Positions 31,112 through 44,723 of a DNA stretch of 64,000 nucleotides are shown piece after piece. The notes beneath the pieces are model-generated. The model worked only from the letters and a program-made list of their open reading frames with translations, was not told where the DNA came from and did no database searches. The stretch is taken from assembly GCF_009914755.1 (NCBI RefSeq), contig NC_060935.1; one strand, written 5' to 3'. Position 1 is the first letter of the stretch. Each line of letters opens with the position of its first letter. The DNA comes from the human T2T-CHM13v2.0 reference genome, Homo sapiens. The position numbers and the translations under genes were made by a program.

Positions 31112-34100
31112 GTCCACTCCATGCAATGTGTAGATCCGATTTTCCATCCATGATCAACAGCAGCTCCTCTAGGGCTCTGGTGGGCCTCTCTATCTGAGAG
31201 GAAACTTAGAAGAGGGAGGCTAGGAAAATGGCCTAAAACCCCTGTCACTGCAGTTGATTTCAGAGTGACAACTGGTACCCACTCTCTCCCTCTTCTGCTG
31301 TCCATTGTAACCCCTTGGCTTTTGTCTCTCTGGTCTCAGTGGCTTACCTGGTGGTTTCACTCAAACCTTAATCAACCCTTAATTCCTTATAGTCTGAGTC
31401 CTTGGTAACAATATGCTGCTTGGACTAGGGTTGCTACACTTGTCCATCACAGTCCTAATTGGGTAAGGGAGTACCAAGAGGCACCAAAATTGGTCACCTG
31501 AGTTCCATATGTTATCCCTTGAACCCGATGTATAACAATAGCCCTGCCTCCTCCTGCTGATCAGAGTCAACTACTCCTAATGAGATGATGGTTCATGTTC
31601 TTGCCTGCTAGTCTTTGCACACAAGGAGCCCAGTGTGTCCAGGCAGCATTACAGCCATAGCTTATCACTCAGCGGGACTCTTGCCATGTCCCCTGGTGAG
31701 AATGTACCCTCTTGAGGAACCAGGACTTCAAACTGCCTAGGCCAGAGATGAGGGGTTGGGGAGCACAAAGTCCCCCAGTAAACACTGGGAGTAATGGCAA
31801 GTAGGGCCACTCCTGCCTTCACACCTTGGTTCCTGGATCCATGTAGTCTTATTACTGGGGACACAGCACCCTACAAAGGTCTCCGACTCACTATGTACAC
31901 AGTATCCTGGAGAATAGCACCTCATCCTTGCACAATATTGTCTTCAAGGTGGTGCTTCACCTACTCCTTAAGCAATTTACTTCAATTCTCACCTAGGCTG
32001 GCATCGTCTGCTCATACTATCGCTACTCCAACCAGTGAATCCCATGGCCATGGGCTCACACCCACACTTCCTTTTCTATAAAGCAGGTTCCCTATCAGAT
32101 GCTATTTTGATGGAATTCTATGCTTATGGATCAGGCATTCTGCAAGCCTCCCATTAATGGTGCTGGCTGAGGCCCCTGGGCAAGAAAGGCATACTCATGT
32201 CCAGAATATGGCTCTATCCCTGTGGAAAGGAAGTGCTGACCCTTCCAGGATGAAAGGGGTCCAATGTGGTTATTTTGCCACCAAATGGCCAATTGGTCTC
32301 CCCAACAGTAACATATTGGGGTTTCAGCCTTGGTCTCCATTATTAGCAGGTTGAACAGGTTGAACATGTCAGAGACCATGGTAGCTAGACCAGCCTTGCT
32401 AAATGGAAGTGCTTGCTATTTGACCCATGCATAACCTCCAACCCTGCTGCTGTTGCCACTTTATACACACGCCCATTGGACCAACACTGACGAAGACTGC
32501 TTAACATCAACTGGCTGAGTCATTTTGTTGACTTGGTTGTTTAGTTCGTCTTTTGTAGTGGATGTTTTCTGGTGGGTGATAATATATGACACAAAGATCT
32601 TCACACTTCATGTCCACCCTCATCTGTCTATCCAGGCCCCTTTGTCACTGATTTTCCCATCTTTTTCTTTCTGGGCCGTTGTCCAGCCAGCTACGTCACT
32701 GACCACTGCCTACGAGTTTGTACATATTCTAACCGCAGAACTCTTTCTCCTTTGACACAAAATGCATGACAAGATATATCACCCAAAGCGCCACACATTG
32801 AGAGGATGTTCTCTTATCATTGTCTTTCAAGGCCACTCGCATGAAGCTGTCATGTAGCCAGCCAGTGTCTGCTTTAGGCTTGCACACACACACCAATTGA
32901 GTCCATCCATGCACCAGGCTTAGGCTTCTTCCTCCTCCTTCATCTTGTCATATTCACCTTCCCACATATAGCCATATGTGTGATCTGGTTGGGGAGCAGT
33001 TACTGACACAACTATGTCAGGTGACATGGAGTCTGGACTACCTACTCAGGCATCTTACTCATGACTGGTCCCAGATATGTCATTTCCATCTTATGCTAGA
33101 TTGGGTCCACCTGACTTCATGACTTGATGGGTCCAACAAGGCCTAGGTCTTCATGGGAAGTTCTGGATACATGACCACTGTCTCTTGGACAAATATTCCA
33201 TCATACAGCCTAGTCCCATGAGAGAGCTGATTTTCAGGTGTGTAATTCTTTGCTGCAGATGGCATGACCTTGCTCCGGAACTCCAGGGGCCCGTGTGGTA
33301 GTTCTTCCACTGGGGTTTACAATAAACTCCACATTTCATCTTTTTCCACCAAACACATCAAAGGACCTACTGAATGCATGACCCAAGCAGCAGAGCTGCT
33401 TGCATAGTAGCCTGGAGCTGCAATGGAATTCTTTTATGTTCTCAAACCAACACAAAACTGGCTTAATTTCATATCACCTGAGGCAATTTCTCTGAGTTTG
33501 GAAAATGTAGCCTGCAGAACCCGAAGAAGCTGACAAAGAACAAAGAATTTCTTTGTAGACAGGCTACAAGATGCAGCAATTTGCCTTTTCCTTTGGAGGA
33601 GTTGTCCCAGCATGTTCCTGGCCACTGGATTCCTTACAACTTTACTGAAATAGCATCCCTGAATCTTTGTAGGATTTATCTTCCACCTTCTGGAGCACCT
33701 GTGTGTTACCAAGGCATCTAGCCTGCTGGCCATCTCTTGCCCATGGTGCCCAGTCTGTTGATGTTGTCAATGCAGTGAATCAAGGTGATGTTCTGTAGTA
33801 CCCAGATGGCTCAGATCTCTTTGCATTATAATATGAAAGAAGGTGGGAGACTTATAGCCCTGGGGCTAAGCTAGAAATATACATACATATATATTTCTAT
33901 GTATGTATATATATTGCTGTCTGTTCCATAAGATGTGAACTATTTTTGACCCTCATACCTGATTCAAACAGGAAAACAAAATGCATTTGTGAAGTGAATG
34001 GCCACATATCACGTATCTGAAGCACAGCAGCTGTGATTCGTACTACCACTTGGTTGAACTTGGAGTGGTCCATAGCCATTCTCTAGGATCCATCCTGGCC

Positions 34101-34329
34101 AGTTCAATAAAGATATGGTAGAGTCCACCACCCCTTTTCTTTAAGAGTGACACTAATGTTTACCATTCTCCCCACAGCCCAGGATGCAATATTCGTTTAT
34201 ATTACTACTTTAGCCAGAGTAGGGGCAGGGAGTGTCAGAGATTTCCACTTGCCTTCCTTACTATGATAGTTGTTACTCTATAGGCTAAAGACCCAATGTG
34301 CCAAGTATTAATACATCAATCCCAATTAT

Positions 34330-34732
34330 ACACACTCACCGACAAGCTTCCCAATCCAACAAATGATAAGTCAGTTTGTTCTCTCCCCACACCTGATGTT
34401 CTCTCACAGCCAGATTCTCAAAGACATTCTAATTCATGTATGCCGCCATCTTGTGTATCTGGTTATGCCCAGACGGCATTTATACCAGCAGCAGTCTTGC
34501 CTCGAGAAGGATGGAGCATCAAATGTGGGTCAAAAAGGCTGAGATATAAATATCCTAGAGTGCATGGAAAAAGAAAGCAATTAGTATGCCTCTAGCAGTT
34601 TATTAAAACAGAGCCAACGATTTTGCTTCAAGACATTTAGGTTCACTACTGGACTAAAACCTTAATAAAGGCTGGACAAACAGAATCCTTCTCTAGGTGA
34701 ATCTTTGATTTGAGCTTAATTTTATTGTAATA
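34330..34732 (+). repeat. Diverged direct copy of 37353-37748 inserted in the ERV protease
   Basis: Colinear with long exact blocks: CATTCTAATTCATGTATGCC, CCATCTTGTGTATCTGGTTATGCCCAGA, CGATTTTGCTTCAAGACATTTAGGTT. Confidence 0.95.
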
Positions 34733-35056
34733 TCTTGGGACTGGGAAAATAACATCCAGGGGGTCTGCAGACCCTGTAAACCTACTGTAAGCTTTTCTAG
34801 GATTCCTTTTATTCCCTGAGCCCTATGTGTTCCCACTTTAACAGGGTCTTTGGGTGTCATTATTAACTCAAACTCCTTCTATAACAGTCCTCAAAATATC
34901 TAGGCATTCTCCTTCCCTCAGTCTATGGTCACTTGTGTAAATGGCCAAAGGTCTTTTTGGGGACAGATTGGGAAAATTACCATATTTGCCATGGTGTTGC
35001 AGGGTCCTTCCCTTTGGGGACCTGTTACCTTTTCAGTCTACAGATTCCAGATTTGA

Positions 35057-35450
<394 letters not shown>

Positions 35451-36524
35451 CTTGCTCTTTTATATTATTATACAGAGGAAATCGTGCTTTCGTTGGCTGC
35501 CCAACTGCTTTGCCCCTTGGATACTGTGCTCTATTAAGCATGTCCTTGACTCTTTAAGAATCAGGCCCCTTGGCTGCCCCTCTGATCTTCTTGGTCATTA
35601 TAAAAATTATGACTGCCCCCCAACATCCCTGGCTTCACACAGTAGAGTGACGTCACCTGGCTTGTATTTCTTCACGGACCCATCATCTCCGTTGCTGTCA
35701 GAGCCAAGTTCCGTGATCACCTTTCCTGGCATTAGCCTTGGCTGGCATTAGGGAGCCACTACTGAGCTGCTTAGTGATGCTGGTGCCTCCCTCTCCAGTA
35801 TATTCCTGCTGGCTTTGGTGGCTGGTGCGTCTGTCCTCTGGCCTTCCATGGAACATGATTGTCCAGTGGGCCTAGCAGAGTCACATAATATATCTATTCC
35901 ACCATGCAAACATCTGTGAGCCTTTTGGTCCCTTCTTCGGCCATCTGCCATGGTAATTCAGGCATTTGAACCTTGCTCAGTGTGAGCCATCGTTTTTTCC
36001 AGGCTTCTAGAAGCTTCAGTAGGAGTGAGTTTGCACCATCCCCTTGTGTTCTTGACACCACGTTGAAGTCTGTAGCTCTAGAGAGTGCCCCTAAGTCAAC
36101 AAACTCTCTCTTGTTCTATCTTATGTCCCAGCCTCCTTGATAGAGCAGCCTCAGAATCCAGCCCCCTGGGTATGCCCTCCCCTCATCCCTACCAGTGTGT
36201 GCTGGTGCTTTGCACCTGCAGCACCTTCGTGGGCACAGTCTCTTTAGACTCCTGTCAGGCCCAGCATGTCTCTGGCTGGGTTATGTGGCAGCTTAGCCCA
36301 GATTATAGGCCTGGCATTCAGGAGAGAAGGTGGGAGCAGCTTTTGAAGAGAGCAACTGTTGTCTTGTGGGGGAAAGTCCTGTCTACTGTCTTCCTGTGCT
36401 GGGAGAAATTTTAACTCCTGATGGTGTGGAGTAGGATGTGTCTAAAGGATCAGAAGTTTTGAGAAATAAATCTTTGGAGGCATCTACCCAGATAGCCTCC
36501 AAATGAGGCTAGGTATATAAAATA

Positions 36525-36655
36525 GGTATATAAAATACCTGTATGTACATATGTGTGTACATGTGTATATGATAAATCATATGTATAATATATATGTACG
36601 TATATATAATAAATTATATATACGTACATATGTATACACACACATATATGTATGT
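36525..36655. repeat. Degenerate (TA/TG/CA)n tract
   Basis: Alternating purine-pyrimidine low-complexity run. Confidence 0.8.
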
Positions 36656-36689
36656 TTTTCCCAGGTAGGCCTTGATATTGGCATAATAG

Positions 36690-36972
36690 AGCTGCTTCCC
36701 TTGAGTGCCTGACCAAGTCCTTGTCATTCAACAGGGCTCTCCAGAGAAAAAACTGCCCATTCGGGGAGTCCTGCTTTGAGTGGAAAGTGATACACTGTGT
36801 AGCCTGACCTTGCCCGGTCATTGGCGGAGGGCTGCCCCATGAAGAGTGTGTCCTGGGTTTCAGCACTGGGGCTGAGCCTGAAGGCACTGAGGGCTGGAGG
36901 CTGTTGGCCAACTGTGCTTCTCACATCTCTGTTGTACGGGGGTCTAAGTGGCGCATCTCCCAGTCTGCCATA
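36690..36972 (-). mobile_element. 5' LTR, partial (LTR16-type)
   Basis: Minus strand TATGGCAGACTGGGAGATGCGCCACTTAGAC, homologous to the start of the 3' LTR. Confidence 0.7.
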
Positions 36973-37352
36973 GCCAATAACTGCATCATTTCAAAGTAGC
37001 TCCCATCTGACCATCTGTTCCACAGAAAAAGGTATACAAAACCTAAGAAAACAACACAAAAACAAAATAAAACCCATTCTACTTGAGTTTAGAGGACTGT
37101 ATTTTTTTATTTTGTTTGAGCTGTCTTTCCTCTTGCCTATAAAACAGCATCAACTTCTGCCATTTTTTTTTTATAAAGCACAGTTATCTTGGGTAACTAG
37201 CTCCAACCCACCCCCACCGTACCCCACATCTAAATCTTGTCAAAATCTTTGCTCACCTCACACTTTCAACGAAATAAGTCCTCCTGCTGACACAGCATGA
37301 AAAGACATTTTTGTCATTTGTCAATCTGTGACCACTGGGTGTACACCAGAAC

Positions 37353-37748
37353 ACACACTCACTGACCAGCTTCCCAAAGTGATAAGCCAGCCTGGTGTCT
37401 CCCCACGCACCTGGTGTTCCCTTGCAGCCAGATTCTCAAAGGCATTCTAATTCATGTATGCCACCATCTTGTGTATCTGGTTATGCCCAGATGGCATTTA
37501 TCCGGGCAGCAGTCCTGTCTCAAGAAGGATGGAGCATCCAACATGGGTCAAAAGGGCTGTGATATAAATATCCTAGAATGCATGAAAAAGGAAGAAAGCA
37601 ATTAGTATGCCACCAGCAGTTAATTAAAACACAGCCAGCGATTTTGCTTCAAGACATTTAGGTTGGCTACTGGACTAAAACCTAAGGCTGGACAAAGAGA
37701 ATCCTTCTGTAATGAGTCTTTGATTTGAACTTAATTTTATTTTAAATA
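37353..37748 (+). repeat. Probable donor copy of the 400-bp duplication (TECTA upstream region)
   Basis: Matches 34330-34732 and is embedded in apparently unique sequence. Confidence 0.9.
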
Positions 37749-38973
37749 GGCACCCAAGAAACTAGCTTTTCTGTTATATAAATATACGCCATTCTAAGCA
37801 CTCCTAGAATCCAAAGAAAAACAAATAAATGTGAGTCATTTGGAAAGAAGCAGTCATTTAACATCTGTAAGTAAATATGTGTGGAGGATTCATAATACCA
37901 GTGAGAGAATAAACAATGTGGGAAACCTACTGAATTATCACAGGTTTTTGGAAAAACACGGAGTAATTTAAACTAAAAAAATTTAGCTCGCCAAGCACTC
38001 TTGTCCATTTTAAGACAACATGCTTAAACCCAGAATTATATTTCTTTTGTACAGTTGGCATTTAAATGTCTGGTCAGAGAAAATTTGCAGTAATTTTTAA
38101 ATTCCCATTGATGTGCAGAAGAGTTTTTTTTTCCTGCTACAGTCAAGTTACTTCTTTCTTAATAAATTCCATTTAAACATTTTGAATAGTAGATTTAGCT
38201 TATGCCTTAGCCAGTTTTGCTCATTCCACATCTACTGGATGCTTGGAAGCATCTAACCGAGCACGTTTTCCTCTTATTCACATGCCTTTTAAACTATTTA
38301 CTTACTGCAAATTTTTTATCAGAAGGGGTTTATCTCCCCCCTCTGCCTCCAGTGACCCTCACTGGGTGTTAGGGAAGGTTTCCAGGCCACAGTTTGAGAT
38401 TTCCCTTGTGGAAGATCGTGTCTAGCGCTAGGTCCCTTGTTAGATTTTGCCTGGAAAGTGCCCTGTCCTATCTCCTGCAGAGCGGTGCATCAGAGAGAAA
38501 AGAGAGGGCATAAAACCTAAAAAGTTTGGAAATTTTCTTTAAATACTTCATGCATACCTGTGAAAAAATAGAGTAGAGCCTATCTGTGGCGACTGTTGAA
38601 AACCAGAGAAACAAAAAAAGACTTTAATAGAAAACCAACTTCATTTAAATGTTGGAGGCAGCTGCTTTGTTTGGAGTTTTAATCCCATGCTGGTGGATGC
38701 TAATTCTGTAACATTATACAGTTGCCTTCTTTTGGGTACAAAGGTAGAAGGGGGGTTTTCTTTTGTGTTTTTCAGTGCAAAGTGATTCTGATCAGAAAGG
38801 CCCAAGGTTTCAGCTCCAAGTACCTGACATTTCCATCTGAATCTACTTTTTTTTTCAAAGGGGAAAAAAAAAGGTCTAGTTTTTCAGGAAAAGAACCTCT
38901 CTACGCAATCCTGAAACTGATCTTTAGATTTACTTTTCCTTAATCAATAGAAAAAAACTTGATTGCAGCTCAA

Positions 38974-39173
38974 CACTTACCTGTCTCTAGTGCAGGACTA
39001 ACTTAATTTTTGGTTTTAAGAGTACGAGATTCAGACATTATTTCAGGAATCAGAAATTATTGGCAACAAGTTGAGGAGAACTGACATGAATTCTTGTTTT
39101 ACCTAATTTTTTCTGGCTTACCAAGATTTGGCTTAATATTTCTGACTCAGTTCCTCCAGCCTCTACAGAACAG
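38974..39173 (+). other. TECTA: Probable TECTA non-coding exon 1 (start approximate)
   Basis: Strong donor CAG|GTTAGT at 39173/39174. The ATG exon has an acceptor 1 nt before the ATG, so an upstream exon is required. Start position is from recollection of the annotation. Confidence 0.65.
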
Positions 39174-40387
39174 GTTAGTGACATTTTTCATAAATACAAA
39201 TATCTAAATGAATCCTCCTTACTTCTCTCTGAACCGGTTCCCTAAGGGCTCTAGTCTTAAACTTGCACGGCATCTTCTCCATTAAAGCTGTGTGTGATCT
39301 CTGCTAAACCTTTGTACCCTTTCCAGCAAAACTGTCTAATATTTAATATGTGCTTGAAATTACAACATATATACTTGACAACTAAAGATTTGCAATAAAA
39401 CTCTCACAGGATAAATTCATTGCCTTTCCCGTGAAAGTTTGGCTGAAGAATTGTGATAACTTCAAATGATAAGAGGAAGGTTTTTCTTTTTTAAGAATAC
39501 TGTCAGGAGGAGACTTCATGGTCTAGCCACACGCTTGGGTGATGTCTAACTTGAGCTTGCGTCCGTGTTCTCATCGCAGCTTTGCAGAGTGACACAGACA
39601 AAACATGCTCCTGATGGAGGGTAAAGCCACCATGCAACCGATTGTAAACTAACACGAAAACAAGTTTCTCTTTGCTGTGTTCCTTCTTTAATTAACTTGC
39701 TGGAACTAATTGGTTGCTTGTGCGCTGGATTCTATTTTTATTGTGATTCCAACTCTGGATTGGTCCTTTTTTATTACTAATGTTTCTATCATTCATTTCA
39801 CTGTGGGAAGTCAGTGAACAGAGTAGACTGGCCCTGAATCTGGTCAATACTTCAAAATGATGGATCGGCTCCATTCTATGGAGAAGGTGATGGCAGACTC
39901 TAAATTCTCCTAGCTGTAGAACACATTGTGTTTTAACCAACTTTTGTTTGATTCTGATGGAAAGCTGTAGTGAAAATTAGGAAATCCAGGTCTCACTGGG
40001 GTGTGGTTTCTGCTGCAGAGACACAACCCGGGACCTGCATGCATCTTTAGCGTTGGGTCCTAGTTTTCAGCGCTTTATTTGATGCAGAGGGGATACCTTT
40101 CCTTTACGCATACCACTCTCACTGATCCTAAATAATTACTTGACAGTTTGAATGATCTCATTACACTTCCAGACTGGCTTCTTCTGGGCATCTAATTTGT
40201 TCATGAAGTGTTGAACTTCGGAGGACCTGCCAGCATTCAGGGGATTTCAGCCCGACTCAGCACTGTTGATGTTGTTATGTGAATTTGTTCTATGACGGTT
40301 TTGATGGTCTTGGGATTAGCCACTAAACACACCTGGTGTTCTGTTTACTCTGGCAAGCTGGGGATTTTTTTTTCATTTTCTTTTTAA

Positions 40388-40480
<93 letters not shown>

Positions 40481-43400
40481 TAAAGCTCTCAGTTAGCATG
40501 CTCTTGAATTGATAAAGAGACACTTTTATTGGAACCACAATTGTAAGGGCAGGTGCATGTGTGTCTACAGATACAAGAGAAAAATGTAATTAAATTCTAT
40601 TATCAAGGGTAAAATTCATTAACTTTAAATGAGGTTTACTTATATTCCCACTTTTTTCTTATTTAACTTCAAATACTATTTGTATGTACCAGCTTGCCCT
40701 GTGCTAGTGGAGTAGATCTTTAAAATTACGCAAAATTATTTCCATTAAAAGTAGATAAGATAGGGGTATGTGCACTTCATGTCTGATCACTGATTTCCAT
40801 TAAGGCATTTAATTTGTGGTGGAGACTTTAAAGAATCTACTTATTTCGGCCAAAAACTAGGAAATTACAATAGCATTGATGTCAGTGGTTTGTGTATCAG
40901 TGACCTTTTACGTGGCCCTCAAATCTAAAACTTAAATAAGACAATTTTTCCCCTCAGTGATTCCTTCTTTTTCTCTGTGTAGCACTGCCCTGGGTAAGTG
41001 AAAGGCCACATATGTCTTTTTTCTACTGTTGTTTTGGATTTTAGACAAAGACGGGGCGGTCTACGTAGATTTTAACTTTTTATGGCTAAAATTCTAAGGC
41101 ACCTTTCTTTACCTTGCGAGTTTGTCTAGTTCAAGTGGCACATGAGTACAAGTCTGAGATGAACACGTCAAGCCCCTGTGCAGTGCTAATATTTTTCCAG
41201 AATTGGTGAATTTAAGCAGTTAAACCATAGTGTGAAACCCCACGGGAATGAAAGAGGGCCCTTGACTTCAACCTCCTACCCCAGCTCCAAGAAAGTACAT
41301 TTTATTTGGTGGGAAAAAAAAAATCCTGGAAACATAGCTATGTTTATTGTGAAATTCTCAGCTTAGGGCAAGCATGGATAGGGATATTCTTTCTTTTAGC
41401 AACTCTGATGTTATTGATAGGCCATGCTGCTAACAGTTTTATATATATATATAAAAATAATAATGGCTTCTGCAGTGTTAATTACCGTAGTTTAAACCTA
41501 CGCCCTTGTGTTTAGCACCCTCTTTTTCATTTGACAAGTATTATTTACCATATTAGATATTCTTAATGTTTGTATCCTTCTTAAAATTAAAAATATTTAA
41601 CAGTCCGTTCTTTCCTATTCAAAATTGTGAACTAATTAGGATCACCCACGAAGAGAAGAATCTTGCAAACTGCCTCACCTTTGCAGCAGAAGAGGAAGTT
41701 AGGGTCATTCTCCCTGGCCATGGTTTTCCGTCTCCTCCATGCGGTATTATGGGTTTTCCATTCCCTAGGCAGATTGGCCAATCAGTGCAGCCCAAAATAC
41801 CAATTAATCTTTCCATACAGATGATGATAATTCAGTGTGAATTTGAGCCCTCATTCATACTTGGGCATGACTCCTAAAAAGTTCCCCATGAAGGATAAAT
41901 CCATGCCAGGACATAATTTGTTACTGTTAACTTCAGAAATAAGTACCTGTGTATAATACTGTAGTAGAGATTATAAAGATTTTTTTTAATTAGTACTTCC
42001 AGGAATTTTTAATTTGTTACTATTATGTAAATAGAAATGTTAGAAGACCCCTTTTCACCTGCTGGTTGTGACATTAAATACAGCTCATGGGCCCAGAGTG
42101 CCTATGACCCGACACAGCGCCTCCTACAGCCTCAAATTCGGGCTGCTTCTCAGCAACTTCTGGGGTTTGGACGATGCATATACACGAATGACCAGATTAG
42201 TTTTGCTGCTCTCCTTGGATGTCAGCCCCTGGAAAGAAATTAGCCCTCCGTTGAGGCATAACTCCTCTTGCTCCCTGCTTCAGAACTGGAGAGCTGGCTC
42301 TTGGCCTGGTGCAACAGGCCTGCTTTCTGGCCGCTTTGCACTCCTCTCTTTTACATGAGCTGTTGTCTGTTCACCAAAAGCCTCCCAAAGGAGCAAAGAC
42401 AGTCCTTGGCCGGTTGCTCCCCAGCCTATTGCTTCCATCAGCACAGAGCAGGGACTTTCCCAAGTAGAAGGCCCGACATGAGAATGGGGGTGTCGGCATC
42501 TCATAGCAGCAAGCAGGTACCTCAAGAAGTGTGGCCGATGCCCAGCATGGTCTTGCCCCTGCCCCCGAGAATGAGAAATTTAAAGAAAGGAAAAAAGGGA
42601 GAAAACGATAGTGTCCTATTGTCTTATATTCATTCAGGAGAAGAAAGGACAGAGGCAAAGAAAAGTAACACCCAAAATGTAGATTATTTCACAGATGCTA
42701 TTGGACTTGATCCTCAGTGATGCAGACCCTAGGGAACTTGTCTCATTTCTCCCACAAAACTGAGCCACATCTTGCAACAGTATGGACGGGAAACCTGGGA
42801 GCAGCAAGCCAGGAGAGGAGGTGACCCTGTCACAGCGGGATGCAGTGTGTGTTTGTGTGATGGCTCTCCAGTGACCAGGAGGACCAATCAGAGCCCTGCA
42901 ATTCATTCTCTCCAAAGAGTTCTCAAGGACCCAACCCTCTGACCCCGGAGGATCTCATGTCTGTCTTTTGTAAAAAAGGAGTTGGGCAAAGAGCCTCTTG
43001 CAGGGCCGCCCTCAATCAAGGTCATTCATGGGCCAATTGCTACAAATCCTCTCCTCCCACTTTTGTCTCAGTTCCCACTGTTGTTTATTTCCTTCTGGGA
43101 TCTGGGATTTTCTCCAATTGTGCAGCAAGAGGGAGGGAACTCCTTTCAGGAAAACACACGATAGTGGAATTCTTGAGCTAGAACAGGAGCTTCAAAACTG
43201 TGGCCATGCCAGACCTAGAGGCTGCCTCTCAGTATCCAGAAAGCTCAAGGTTTCCAGGGAAATTTCACAAATTTCCAGCCAGCTGTAGCCATAGATATCA
43301 CCAAGATGCATGAAAGTGCAAGAACATGCACAAAGTGCTTTCTCCTATGGAGAAACAATGTCACTCCCATTTTCCCGTTTCCCAGAGCAGAAGATACTGC

Positions 43401-43542
43401 GCTGTGTATGGCCTAGGTTTAGGATGAATGACAGGGCAGTATGACTTGCATTCAGCTTGCAAGCCCTACTGAAAGAAGCTGGCTTCAGTAGGTAGGAGAG
43501 ATGTAGATTGCCAAACGGCAGAGGGAGCTGCCATCTATCTAA

Positions 43543-43764
<222 letters not shown>

Positions 43765-44549
43765 TAAGTATCCTCTTCCAGAGCTCTGGGAAGGGAGGAT
43801 TTATTGGCAGCCAAAACGACAAGTTCTGAGATTTCATGAGCTGATAGGTTTTATGAATAAGAAAGTCAAAGGTATATTTAATGGCTAATGTTCATAGTGG
43901 AGGAGTATACAGGGCAATAAATTGCTTTTGTCAGTGATTAAACATAGAAGTGAAGCAGAAGCCCCAATGCCATGAATGTTATTTCTGCTACTCAACGAGA
44001 TAAAAAGATACAATGAACCACAGTAGGAGCAATATCATTTTTCTTTCCCTTCTGGGGGTGTGAAAAGTTTAGGCATCTGCTGTTCTTGGGCTTCCTACCA
44101 ATTTGAAGCAGAGTCGGAACACAGTAGGGGGGTAATCAACTATTATATCAAAGTTGTTTGCAGAATTGGCCACCCTCAATATGGGTCTGTAGATAGGCCA
44201 GAGGGTCTCATCGCCCAACCCACACTAAGAAATGGTCCCATTTGTGATCAGAGCTCTCCTAGGCACCTGTGTTCTCAGGTTTTTGTTTTTGGTTTTTTGG
44301 ATCATTGGGTTTGCTGCTAGCGAAACTGTGGCACATGAAGAGGAAGATTCAGAGCAGCCGAGCCTGGCTTTATTGTTGGCCTTAAAGAACTGGGTGAGGG
44401 ATTATACCACACCCCTGGAGGAAGAATGCAACCCTAAGCATGTCCACCTCTGGCCATCTCTACGTCTGGGACCTCTCTCTTCCCCAACTTTTGATTTATG
44501 GCTCCGGGATGATTCCCGCTAGAAAAGAGTTCACTATTCCATTACCTAA

Positions 44550-44723
44550 CGGTGGTCCCTGAACCTGCAGAAGCAGCGTCACACAGGCACTCATTAGCAA
44601 TGTCATTTCTCAGGTCCCACCCCACACCTACTGAGTCAGAAACTCTGGGAGGAGGAGCCAGTAATCTGTGTTTTAATGAGTCCTCCAAGTGGTTCTGATG
44701 CCCACAAAAGTTTGAGAACCACT
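44550..44723. mobile_element. MER5A-like hAT-Charlie element
   Basis: CCTACTGAGTCAGAAACTCTGG...AAGTTTGAGAACCACTG. Confidence 0.8.

Noticed and set aside
42268-42720. 150-aa intronic ORF
   Set aside because: No recognisable domain or splice context, and consistent with chance
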